From an uncultured virus (IMG/VR IMGVR_UViG_3300035145_001531) (lineage: Duplodnaviria; Heunggongvirae; Uroviricota; Caudoviricetes), in IMG/VR virus record IMGVR_UViG_3300035145_001531: a stretch of 64,000 nucleotides of DNA, one strand, 5' to 3'. Positions 18,287-27,081 of the stretch are shown piece by piece. Every line of letters begins with the position of its first letter. The first letter of the stretch is position 1. Both the position numbers and the translations under genes were made by a program. The notes beneath the pieces were generated by a model that was not told the DNA's origin, searched no databases, and worked only from the letters and a program-made list of their open reading frames with translations.

Positions 18287-19483
18287 ATGCCTTCTGTAAG
18301 TAAGTCACAACAAAGATTAATGGGAATGGCCTATGCTGTTAAATCCGGCGATATGGAACTCTCAGACATTGACCCAGCTTACAGAGATAAAGTAAAATCA
18401 TTATCTGACGGAATGACAAAGAAAGACTTAAAGAAATACGCTGCAACAAAGCATGATGGTCTACCAGAGACGGTGGATGAGGCATTTATTGGACCTTTTG
18501 TATTTAATGACAGTATGTCTGATGAAGAATTACTAGGAATGTACAATGGAGCATTAGATGGCTATGCTAACTATGCTAAAGGAATGTATTACCCTAAATC
18601 GGATTACAAGAAAGCTTATCAAGAAATTGAAAAGATTTTAAAGAAGAGAGGAGTTTCAGTAGACGAAAGTGCACAAGGGGCTGTATCTTTAAATCCAGGC
18701 ATGACTATCGGTGGTATTGGTGACCCGATGCTTCCAACAGCAACTGAATTTGGATCGGGCGACGTACCTGCAGTAGCAGATATTGACGACGACGAAGAAG
18801 AGGCTAAAAAAGATAATACAAAAACAAAGTTAGAGATGGAAAATTTACATTTAACTTTCGATAGTTTCTTAAATGAAGCTTCTAATTTTAACGATCCAGT
18901 TTTAGTAGCTTTTAGAGCTGCTAGAATGAAGAGGGAAGAAGAGCTTGCAAAACCAAAGCGCAAGCCCCTTTATGGTAAACAAAGACAAAAAGCTGAAGAT
19001 GATCTGTGGAATATTAGCCAAGACTTAAAAGATCTATATGCAGATAGAGGTCAAATGTTAATTGACATGGAACAAGAAGCAGAGGCTGAAGGTGGTCCAA
19101 TTGCAGACGAATACGGAGGCAAATTAAATGATATTGAAGATCAAATTCAAGCGCTAATTGTTAAGAGAAATAAACTTGAAATGAAATTAGCAGAATCAGT
19201 AGTTAATGAAAAGAAGCTAGATAGAGAAGACATGATGGCTTGGATCGAACAACACATGGATTTTGTAAGAACTACTGAAGAATTCAACGGTTCTCCAGGT
19301 GGCATCTGGGTTTCAGGTGAGAATGGCGACGAGTATAAAGGTAGAGTAATCTATGCATACTACTCTGAAGACTACAAGAACAGAACATTTGGTGTAGATA
19401 ACAGATGGGAAAAGGAACTTAATAAAAGAGGGTGGTATAGTGAATGGCATGATGCAGGCACATCCATGATTTGGCCACTATAA
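18287..19483 (+). CDS. Modular putative internal head polyprotein with DUF3008-like N-terminal domain
   Basis: PSVSKSQQRLMGMA...ATKHDGLP; linkers TVDE, FDSFLNE, ESVVNE. Confidence 0.6.
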   Translation: MPSVSKSQQRLMGMAYAVKSGDMELSDIDPAYRDKVKSLSDGMTKKDLKKYAATKHDGLPETVDEAFIGPFVFNDSMSDEELLGMYNGALDGYANYAKGMYYPKSDYKKAYQEIEKILKKRGVSVDESAQGAVSLNPGMTIGGIGDPMLPTATEFGSGDVPAVADIDDDEEEAKKDNTKTKLEMENLHLTFDSFLNEASNFNDPVLVAFRAARMKREEELAKPKRKPLYGKQRQKAEDDLWNISQDLKDLYADRGQMLIDMEQEAEAEGGPIADEYGGKLNDIEDQIQALIVKRNKLEMKLAESVVNEKKLDREDMMAWIEQHMDFVRTTEEFNGSPGGIWVSGENGDEYKGRVIYAYYSEDYKNRTFGVDNRWEKELNKRGWYSEWHDAGTSMIWPL

Positions 19484-19507
19484 AGGACAAACTTTTAACA
19501 AAATAAT

Positions 19508-19539
19508 TAGCCTGATATTTTTTTATGTCAGGCTTTTTT
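19508..19539 (+). terminator. Intrinsic terminator overlapping an early promoter
   Basis: AGCCTGATAT...ATGTCAGGCT hairpin followed by a T-run. Confidence 0.65.
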
Positions 19540-19562
19540 ATTATATTAGTACTGTAATTAAA
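19534..19562 (+). promoter_or_regulatory. Putative early promoter (second copy of the 29-bp repeat)
   Basis: Exact match to the reverse complement of 5787-5815; 10 bp before ATG 19573. Confidence 0.7.
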
Positions 19563-19572
19563 GATAAAGTAT

Positions 19573-19872
19573 ATGAAAACATTTAAAGATTTAGTATTTC
19601 ATCCGAACCGCCGCGGCGGCGTTAACAGTCGAACTGATTTCGACAATGGATTTTCACTTAGTGTGGTTGCAGGTGGTGTGGCTTACAGTACGCCTCGTGA
19701 TGACAGTCAAGACCCAGAACATTTCAGTGCGTTTGAGATAGCGGTGTTTGCTCCTGATGGTGAATTCACACGTGAGTTCTTCCCTGAAGACCATTCGGAT
19801 GATGTAATGGGTTGGCAATCGCGTGCCGACATCAATACTATTTTGTTACAAATTCAAAATCACAATGAGTAA
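19573..19872 (+). CDS. Small hypothetical early protein
   Basis: FDNGFSLSVV...FEIAV pattern seen in small phage early proteins. Confidence 0.7.
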   Translation: MKTFKDLVFHPNRRGGVNSRTDFDNGFSLSVVAGGVAYSTPRDDSQDPEHFSAFEIAVFAPDGEFTREFFPEDHSDDVMGWQSRADINTILLQIQNHNE

Positions 19873-20026
19873 GAAAAAGAAACATGATGACAAATTAGAC
19901 TTCAACGGAGGATGGACCTCTGGTGAGGCTGCTCATCATATTTCTAAGAAAATGACTCAACAAACAGTGCCTGATAAAACCAAGTATTCAAGAAAGAAGA
20001 AACATAAAAATAAAGACGATGAGTAA
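19865..20026 (+). CDS. Small basic hypothetical protein
   Basis: MSKKKKH...KTKYSRKKKHK; overlaps both neighbouring genes by 8 bp. Confidence 0.6.
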   Translation: MSKKKKHDDKLDFNGGWTSGEAAHHISKKMTQQTVPDKTKYSRKKKHKNKDDE

Positions 20027-20696
20027 GATTGTAGTTATCGGAGATATTCATGGACATACTTCATGGAAGGACGTTATGCGTGCACATGGTGATGCCACCG
20101 AATATGTATTTGTCGGAGACTACTTTGACTCTTTTTCTGTTTCACACGCCGAACAAATCTTTAATTTTAAAGAGATTATTAAGTGGAAAGAGGGGTCAAA
20201 GATTAAAATGACTCTACTTATTGGCAACCATGATTTCCACTATATGTCAGATTGTGGAGGTAGATACGGCGGCTACAACTATATGTTTGCACCTGAGATT
20301 AATCAATTGCTCAGGGAGAACAAACACCATCTACAAGTGGCGTATCAATCTGGTAAGTATCTCTTTACTCACGCTGGAGTCTCAAGAAAATGGTATGAGT
20401 CCAATTTTTCAGAAGATGGAAATATTGCAGACCAAATTAACGAATTATGGAGATATGATAAAAGGTCTTTTAATCATACCGGTATGGAGGCGTATGGGAA
20501 TGTCCCGGAAGAAGGCCCGATGTGGATTCGTCCTAGGGCTTTAAGGAGTTCACTACTCGATAAGAATATCGTACAGGTGGTTGGACATACTCACATGCGA
20601 GCAATTGATTATGATGATAACCACTATTTTGTTGATACACTTCCGTATGAGTATTTGACTATAGAAAACGGAGTTCCGATCATCAACAAGTTCTAA
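20019..20696 (+). CDS. Calcineurin-like metallophosphoesterase
   Basis: GDIHG, GDYFD, GNHD, THAG, GHTH. Confidence 0.92.
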   Translation: MSKIVVIGDIHGHTSWKDVMRAHGDATEYVFVGDYFDSFSVSHAEQIFNFKEIIKWKEGSKIKMTLLIGNHDFHYMSDCGGRYGGYNYMFAPEINQLLRENKHHLQVAYQSGKYLFTHAGVSRKWYESNFSEDGNIADQINELWRYDKRSFNHTGMEAYGNVPEEGPMWIRPRALRSSLLDKNIVQVVGHTHMRAIDYDDNHYFVDTLPYEYLTIENGVPIINKF

Positions 20697-20712
20697 AACT
20701 GTTCAATATTTA

Positions 20713-20744
20713 GGGCCGTTCACTCACAATGAACGGCCTTTTTT
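20713..20744 (+). terminator. Intrinsic terminator
   Basis: GGCCGTTCA-loop-TGAACGGCC + TTTTTT. Confidence 0.8.
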
Positions 20745-20793
20745 ATTGAAACAAACTAGCACTTTCGTACTATAATTAATAAATCTATTTTAT

Positions 20794-21126
20794 ATGAGCA
20801 ATATTCTAGAACAAGCAGACAAAATTATTAACCACAGATCAGAAGAGAAAGAACGTATGTATGGTCCTTTTGAAGAGGGCATGCGTCGTGCAGCAATGAT
20901 CTGTTCTGGCATGACAGGCAAAGAGTGGACCGGATCCGATATGTATGCAGCACTCGTCGCACTTAAATTAAGCAGACATTCTTACAACTATAAAGAAGAT
21001 AATCTTCTAGATGCGGTCGCATATATTGGCGGCCTAGATAATTACATTAAGAAGTATGGCTACGGTGAAACCGAAAAGCCAATTAATTTAACTGATGCCG
21101 ACGCTGGATATGGAGACAAACAATAA
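20794..21126 (+). CDS. DUF6378-like all-alpha nucleotide pyrophosphatase-fold protein
   Basis: ILEQADKII...YGP...LKLSR...DNLLDAVAY pattern. Confidence 0.7.
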   Translation: MSNILEQADKIINHRSEEKERMYGPFEEGMRRAAMICSGMTGKEWTGSDMYAALVALKLSRHSYNYKEDNLLDAVAYIGGLDNYIKKYGYGETEKPINLTDADAGYGDKQ

Positions 21127-22186
21127 CCTGGTCTATTTTACGGACTTAGAGAAGGATAATAATATTCGAATAGGTATTTCTGCGTTAGTTGGAAAACTAA
21201 GCAGTAAATTAACTTCACATAAATCAGGTTGGGCATTCCATTTAGCAAATCAGCTAAAGCATGCCGGCTATCAAAATGTTCAAGTACTTACAGATAACAC
21301 ACCATGGGACGTAACAAGATTCGATGTAATCTTAATCGAGCACGGTATGGAATTCAAAGGCAATTTTAATATCTTCGGTGGGGCGAACGATGACTTGTAC
21401 CATCAAATCACTAGAATGTTCGCTCCCGGTATACGCATGTATTCGCTCCACCACGATATGCCTTGTGTAGGTACTCTAATTGAAAAGCGCCTAAAGACAG
21501 GTTCAGATCTTTTTAAAACACTTGAAGTACAAATAAAAGACGCTAAATCAATTTGTGCTAGAATTCCTAGAGTAGATAGAATCCAAAAGACAGATAAACT
21601 TTGCTTTGGAGATTCACATTCATTTAGCCAGTATACTCCGGGTTATATGACTGATCGCCATGATGGCTTAACTCTATTCGGTACTTTAAGAAGAGGTATT
21701 CGCTCTTATGTGCCAGAGGAAATTAATGCACTACGCATCTATCTAGGGAATATAGATATAAGACACCACTTAATGAGACAAGATAATCCATCTAAGTCTC
21801 TAAAAGATATGTTGGCTAATTATGAACAACAGTTGATAGATTTAGAAATAAGTGATATTGAAGTGGTTCAGGCCCTACCTATCGAAAACGAGTCTAGACC
21901 GTTACCAAAAACAGGTTACTACAAAGGTACTCCTTTTGCAGGTACTTGGGCGGAAAGAACTGCATTGGTAAAAGAGTTTAACCAAATAGTAGAAGAAATG
22001 TGTAATAGAAACGGCTGGAAAACGTGGCAACACCCTGCAGTCTTTTTAAACTCATTTGGTGAGTTAACATTTGACGTAATGGAAAAGCCTAAGTCAGTAC
22101 ATATTGCACGAGAATATTATCGTTGGGATTTAGAGCGTGACGAGCCCAATAAGAGATTACAACCAGTTACGCAAGCTTTATTTTAG
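21110..22186 (+). CDS. SGNH-hydrolase-like protein in the DNA-modification operon
   Basis: FGDSHS (block I), YLGNID (block III), C-terminal SVH; extra N-terminal domain. Confidence 0.5.
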   Translation: METNNNLVYFTDLEKDNNIRIGISALVGKLSSKLTSHKSGWAFHLANQLKHAGYQNVQVLTDNTPWDVTRFDVILIEHGMEFKGNFNIFGGANDDLYHQITRMFAPGIRMYSLHHDMPCVGTLIEKRLKTGSDLFKTLEVQIKDAKSICARIPRVDRIQKTDKLCFGDSHSFSQYTPGYMTDRHDGLTLFGTLRRGIRSYVPEEINALRIYLGNIDIRHHLMRQDNPSKSLKDMLANYEQQLIDLEISDIEVVQALPIENESRPLPKTGYYKGTPFAGTWAERTALVKEFNQIVEEMCNRNGWKTWQHPAVFLNSFGELTFDVMEKPKSVHIAREYYRWDLERDEPNKRLQPVTQALF

Positions 22187-22189
22187 TAT

Positions 22190-22351
22190 ATGAAAAAGTA
22201 TGATATTTTAATTACGCCATTAGAGAGAACTGGCGGTAGAACTGACGCACCATATCAAATCCAACTAGAGACTGATAATATTGATTGGTCCATGGAACAA
22301 TATCAAAGAAACAGACCTGCTCTAGACTGGAAGATTGTAAATGAAGATTAA
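22190..22351 (+). CDS. Small hypothetical protein (53 aa; not in the ORF track)
   Basis: MKKYDILITPLERTGG...WSMEQYQRNRPALDWKIVNED fills the gap and overlaps the next start. Confidence 0.65.
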   Translation: MKKYDILITPLERTGGRTDAPYQIQLETDNIDWSMEQYQRNRPALDWKIVNED

Positions 22352-23558
22352 GACAACCAAATATTACGACGAATTTATTCGTTACTACGAATTGGCATTA
22401 GACCAGCAAAAGAAGTCTAATCTAGGCCATATTCCACATGCACAATCCGATATGCAAGATCCTCTGATGGAGCACATTGAGTTGTATGATGTAGTTGAAA
22501 GAAAATTCGCAGGTTTTAGCCAGATCGTTAACGATTGCTTTTATGGTTGGACTCCTGAGCACCCGTATTGGTCTAGGATGCAGGCCGGTTTAGTAACAGA
22601 GCAGAGAAAAGAGGTTGCCACTAATTGGACTGGTAAGCAAGAAGTATTCGGCCTACCAGAATGGCTGTACCTATTCATACTACACAGAGTCTGTGGTTCT
22701 GCAATCAACTATGCCACGAAGCCTAGCGGCTACCACAACACACTTCTGTTTGATCTGTGGCAATCCGATACAATAGAGCAAATGTGTGAGCAGGTAAAAG
22801 CAGCTACTAAATCTTTTTATACATCAGTAGGTTATCAATTTCCCGCTTTCCCAAAACCCCCACAACCAGAGGCTAACGAAGATGTTTTTGTTGGCATGTC
22901 GGGCTTTGAGGCACCTCAGTTTCAATATAAGAGAGGCGGCGATTATTTCCTGTGTGAATTTGCACCACGCCTAGCCAGAGATATGGCTAACTATTTAGAA
23001 GAGGGTGGTAAGAAAGATTTAAGGGAATTGGGTCAATGGATGTTTGACTGGAATAAAGCAAATGGATTAAGAGCGTATAAATTCCAATATGCAGCAGTTT
23101 TAGCAGATGTCGCAGATTGGTTCCCTGAGTACATCAATAAGGAGTCAATGTTTTATTATGGCACAAATGCTGTAGAATGTATTGGCTATCTAGCAGATCC
23201 AGTAGAGGGTAAAGGTAAAAAGTCTGAGCCATTCCTAGATGCAGTAATGACTAAGATTTATGAGCAAACAGGTAGTTTACCATATAATGCTGAGGATGTT
23301 GCATGTGACTTTATTAGATGGATCGAAAATTACATGAGACCTGGTGCTGACTATGCACATATTGATATGGATAATTTATGGAACTCTTCCACTATCTTAG
23401 ACCATCCTTATGGTAGACAGAAGGCAATGTTAGACCTAGGTCTAGTAGAAACATTTAACGGAATGAAACACCACCCATCAGATGATAAAATCATAGCAGA
23501 AGCTGGAATTACAGTAGAAGAATATAAAAAAAGAGTAGCACAGATTTATGGCACATAA
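22341..23558 (+). CDS. Putative amino acid:DNA transferase (aGPT-Pplase / HhH-glycosylase-fold)
   Basis: FQYAAVLAD...YYGTNA...AEDVACDFIRW resembles the F..Y....D / GPGA / E..LCEF.KY motifs of the family; next to a PLP enzyme and dUTPase. Confidence 0.55.
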   Translation: MKIKTTKYYDEFIRYYELALDQQKKSNLGHIPHAQSDMQDPLMEHIELYDVVERKFAGFSQIVNDCFYGWTPEHPYWSRMQAGLVTEQRKEVATNWTGKQEVFGLPEWLYLFILHRVCGSAINYATKPSGYHNTLLFDLWQSDTIEQMCEQVKAATKSFYTSVGYQFPAFPKPPQPEANEDVFVGMSGFEAPQFQYKRGGDYFLCEFAPRLARDMANYLEEGGKKDLRELGQWMFDWNKANGLRAYKFQYAAVLADVADWFPEYINKESMFYYGTNAVECIGYLADPVEGKGKKSEPFLDAVMTKIYEQTGSLPYNAEDVACDFIRWIENYMRPGADYAHIDMDNLWNSSTILDHPYGRQKAMLDLGLVETFNGMKHHPSDDKIIAEAGITVEEYKKRVAQIYGT

Positions 23559-24444
23559 TAAACACACAGACTTATTAATTAATCAAGATCTAAATTTAAT
23601 GATGCCTAATAGACAGGCGTGGTTAGATTTAGCCGGTGATTGGGTAGATCCTTTTCCAGCACCTGAAATCCACGAGCATAATGGATTCAATGTGGTTAGA
23701 GAAGATCTAATGGGCTTTGGTTCTAAATGTAGATTTGGTGACATCTTAGTACAAACATGTCCTAAAGACACATTGGTATACGTACAGCCTAGATATGGTT
23801 TTGCAGGTATTTCACTTGCGTATCTAGCAAAGAAGTATAATAAAAGACTTGTTCTTTTTAGCCCAAGTCAAAAAGAGATTTCAGACCATCAGGCTATTTG
23901 TGTGGAAAGAGGTGCAGAGATGAAATTTAAGAGGATTGCAGCAATGCCAGTATTAAATGCACATGCAAAACAATGGGCTGAAGATAACGATGCATTTTTT
24001 ATTCCACTCGGACTTCGCCATGAACTGGTTACAGCAGCCGCTGTGAAGGTGGCATACGATCTTGCAGAGAAACATGGTTATCCAGAAGAAGTATGGTCAG
24101 CAATATCCACAGGCGTTCTATCTCGAGCTCTACAGATAGCTTGGCCTGATGCTCAGTTTAACGGAGTTGCTGTTGCAAGAAATATTCAAAAGGGCGAGAG
24201 AGGTAGAGCACAACTCTGGTCACATCCTAAAGCATTCACACAAAACGTAGATCCAGAATACTATCCGCCATTTCCATCAGCGTTAAACTATGACGCCAAG
24301 GCTTGGGAATTTATGGTAAAACACGGTAATCCTGGTGCGTGGTTCTGGAATGTTGGAGGTGACCCAAAACCTGAAAACGAGAATACAAAATTGTTAACAA
24401 ATTCCGAAAGAGCTTGGGGTGAAGTCCTTGAAACAGATAGGTAA
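23548..24444 (+). CDS. PLP-dependent (fold type II, PALP) enzyme
   Basis: VVREDL..FGSKCR (Schiff-base Lys), STGVLS phosphate loop, YDAKAW, FWNVG. Confidence 0.8.
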   Translation: MAHNKHTDLLINQDLNLMMPNRQAWLDLAGDWVDPFPAPEIHEHNGFNVVREDLMGFGSKCRFGDILVQTCPKDTLVYVQPRYGFAGISLAYLAKKYNKRLVLFSPSQKEISDHQAICVERGAEMKFKRIAAMPVLNAHAKQWAEDNDAFFIPLGLRHELVTAAAVKVAYDLAEKHGYPEEVWSAISTGVLSRALQIAWPDAQFNGVAVARNIQKGERGRAQLWSHPKAFTQNVDPEYYPPFPSALNYDAKAWEFMVKHGNPGAWFWNVGGDPKPENENTKLLTNSERAWGEVLETDR

Positions 24445-24472
24445 TTTTAACTATAACAAACAAATTAGAAAT

Positions 24473-24937
24473 ATGGCAAACGCAGATAACAAATGTGCAG
24501 ATCTAGAGGTTACAGACTTCTACGACACAGACAATGACACGCTAGGTTTAATTTACAACAAACAAATTGAATTGCAAAAAAGATTAGGGTTTGACTTTAC
24601 AGGTTGGACCTTAAAAGAGATTGCTGACTTTTGGTGTGTAAATAAACATGCAATGTCAGATGAATTAAATGAAATGTTTGATGCCCTTGGAGGTATCAAC
24701 GATGGTATCGGTTCAGCAGCATGGAAGTACTGGAAAGGTACTCATAAAGAGGCTGCTAACATGAAGATAGAAGATCTATCTGAAGAAGACCGACTAGAAT
24801 TATTCTACGAATGGATTGATGGCCTACACTTCTATATGAATTTTGCAATTTCTATCGGTATGTCCGCTAAAGATATTGTTAACTTATATATGGCCAAGAA
24901 CGCAGAGAATCACGATCGCCAAAACCGCGGATATTAA
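24473..24937 (+). CDS. Dimeric all-alpha dUTPase/dCTPase
   Basis: DELNE, WKYWK, EWIDGLHF, Y.AKNAENHDRQNRGY. Start set after the promoter motif at 24430-24456. Confidence 0.85.
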   Translation: MANADNKCADLEVTDFYDTDNDTLGLIYNKQIELQKRLGFDFTGWTLKEIADFWCVNKHAMSDELNEMFDALGGINDGIGSAAWKYWKGTHKEAANMKIEDLSEEDRLELFYEWIDGLHFYMNFAISIGMSAKDIVNLYMAKNAENHDRQNRGY

Positions 24938-25518
24938 TGGCAAAGAACTTTATTGAAATAGGTTCTTGTTATTTTAACACGTTAGAATACTTATCTGATC
25001 GAGGTTGGAATGGTATTGTAGTAGAGCCCCAAAAAGAGATATTTGATGTTATCAACGGTAGGTTTGATAATGTGCAATATTTTAACGCGGCTATTGCTAA
25101 TGAGAATGGAGAGGCCGATCTTTGGAAGTTTAATAAAGAATGGACCGACGAAGATCCGGACTATCATGGTATGGCTTCTCTATTCCATCCATCTGAAAAG
25201 ATCACCTATGATACCCATACTGCTGAATATATTGCTGAAAATGTACACGCAGAACGAGTTGAAACAATGACCTATGCACGTCTATTAGAATTAGCAAAGC
25301 CTGATACGGTAGATCTGCTAAAAATAGACACCGAGGGATTTGACTACGAAATCATAAAACAAGTACAATTTACAGGAGCACTCAGACCTAGGATTATTAT
25401 GGCAGAACATAAACATACTCCTGGTAAAGTGCTTGAAGAATTTTTAATCTATAAAGGTTATCATGTAGAAGTGGAACAAGATAATCTTTATGCAATCGAT
25501 ATTAATAGATGCTTTTAG
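24937..25518 (+). CDS. FkbM-family SAM-dependent methyltransferase
   Basis: FIEIGS, GIVVEP, NAAI, DLLKIDTEGFD. Confidence 0.85.
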   Translation: MAKNFIEIGSCYFNTLEYLSDRGWNGIVVEPQKEIFDVINGRFDNVQYFNAAIANENGEADLWKFNKEWTDEDPDYHGMASLFHPSEKITYDTHTAEYIAENVHAERVETMTYARLLELAKPDTVDLLKIDTEGFDYEIIKQVQFTGALRPRIIMAEHKHTPGKVLEEFLIYKGYHVEVEQDNLYAIDINRCF

Positions 25519-26915
25519 ATATTGAACAAAGAGATAAAGAGGTAATCGTATCTTATTACGATAAAGAGGGTCAAGTTTCATTTAAGAGATATAATATCGA
25601 TAAGTTCCAGAATTGGGTTGTCGCAAAAGATGATGATCGTTGGAAAGATGCCACTGTTAAAAACTGGGACGGGCGCCATATTAAGAAGTCAATATCAAAA
25701 TCTTTTAATAAGTTTTCGTTATTGTATTTTATGGATGGTTTACCACAGAAAGACCAAGATGAGATCTTTGAGTTCAATATGCCACGTACATATTTTGTCG
25801 ATATTGAAACTGAGATTGTCGATGGCTTTCCTAAACCTGAAGAGGCTAAGTCTAGAATCTTAACCTTTTCCATTATCACACCCGAAAGAAAAGCAATTGT
25901 ATTAGGTCTTGAAGATCTTTCGGCCGATCAAATTAAGAAGATCGAAGATGATACGAACAATCACTTTACTGGATATGACCAGGACTGGGAATTTAGTTAT
26001 TACAAATTCAAGAGTGAATATGACATGGTCTATTCATTCTTGCACAAGTTTTTACCTAAGTTTCCCATGATGACGGGTTGGAACTTTATCAACTATGACT
26101 GGCAGTATATAGTTAATCGATGTAAGATATTACAGATTGATTTAACAGAAGTTGCATGTACTGGTGCATTAGATAAAAAAGACTCGAGACCACTACACAT
26201 GGGTATTCTAGACTATATGCAATTGTATGATAAATACGATCGTTCGGTTGCTGTAAAAGAATCGAATTCACTAGATTTCGTTTCCGGCGCAGTTCTAGAA
26301 GGTATAAGTAAAATTAAATATAGCGGTAGCCTACAAGACCTATATGAAAATGACTTTCAAAAGTATGTTTTCTATAATGTAGTCGACTCCTGTCTAGTTT
26401 ATTACATCGATCAAAAACTCAGATCGATGGAAGTGCTATTGACTTTAGCAACAATAACTAGAATGCCGTTATATAAAGCCGCTTCGCCAGTGGCTGTTAC
26501 TGAATCTCTGATCGCTAGAAAGCTTACCGAGCAGGGTAAACGTATTGGTGTAGAATACGACAGAGAAGACAGTAAGAAAGACAGCAAATATGAAGGTGCT
26601 TTCGTTAAAGATCCTGTGGTTGGGTATTATGGTGGTGTATCTGCATTTGACTTCGCGTCACTATACCCCTCAATTATGAGACAATTTAATATCTCGCCGG
26701 ACTCGTTTGTTGAAATGGTCGAAGAATCACAAATAGCGGAGCGTAGAAAAGACGACTCAGTTATTGTCTGTGAAAATGGAGTTGTGTACAAGAAGGAAGA
26801 TAGTATTCTTAAAAAAATTCTAAGCGATCTTTATGCCCAAAGAAAAGAATACAAGAAGACTTCTTATCAATATTTTGAAAAAGCACATGAGTTAACAAAA
26901 AAATTTAATCTATAA
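25509..26915 (+). CDS. gp43: Split family B DNA polymerase, N-terminal part (exonuclease + palm motif A + first fingers helix)
   Basis: ExoI DIET, ExoII GWN...YDWQY, ExoIII YNVVD, motif A FDFASLYPSIM; stops after QRKEYK. Confidence 0.92.
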   Translation: MLLDIEQRDKEVIVSYYDKEGQVSFKRYNIDKFQNWVVAKDDDRWKDATVKNWDGRHIKKSISKSFNKFSLLYFMDGLPQKDQDEIFEFNMPRTYFVDIETEIVDGFPKPEEAKSRILTFSIITPERKAIVLGLEDLSADQIKKIEDDTNNHFTGYDQDWEFSYYKFKSEYDMVYSFLHKFLPKFPMMTGWNFINYDWQYIVNRCKILQIDLTEVACTGALDKKDSRPLHMGILDYMQLYDKYDRSVAVKESNSLDFVSGAVLEGISKIKYSGSLQDLYENDFQKYVFYNVVDSCLVYYIDQKLRSMEVLLTLATITRMPLYKAASPVAVTESLIARKLTEQGKRIGVEYDREDSKKDSKYEGAFVKDPVVGYYGGVSAFDFASLYPSIMRQFNISPDSFVEMVEESQIAERRKDDSVIVCENGVVYKKEDSILKKILSDLYAQRKEYKKTSYQYFEKAHELTKKFNL

Positions 26916-27081
26916 ATCTAACAAATTCCAGCAGCGCAGAGATATATAAACTAATAGCAGCGCTGCTAATATTTTATTAAGGTTTATAGATTAAGGGGGT
27001 CTTCCACAGAAAGACCTTTTTTGGTCTAAATGACCCCGTTATTAAAACAAATTAAATCTAAAAATAAACTATTAGCAAAAA

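Noticed and set aside
19573..19872. MKTFKDL N-terminus as another capsid-targeting peptide
   Set aside because: The gene follows a terminator and an early promoter and lacks a downstream xNE site, so it was not counted in the cargo cluster.
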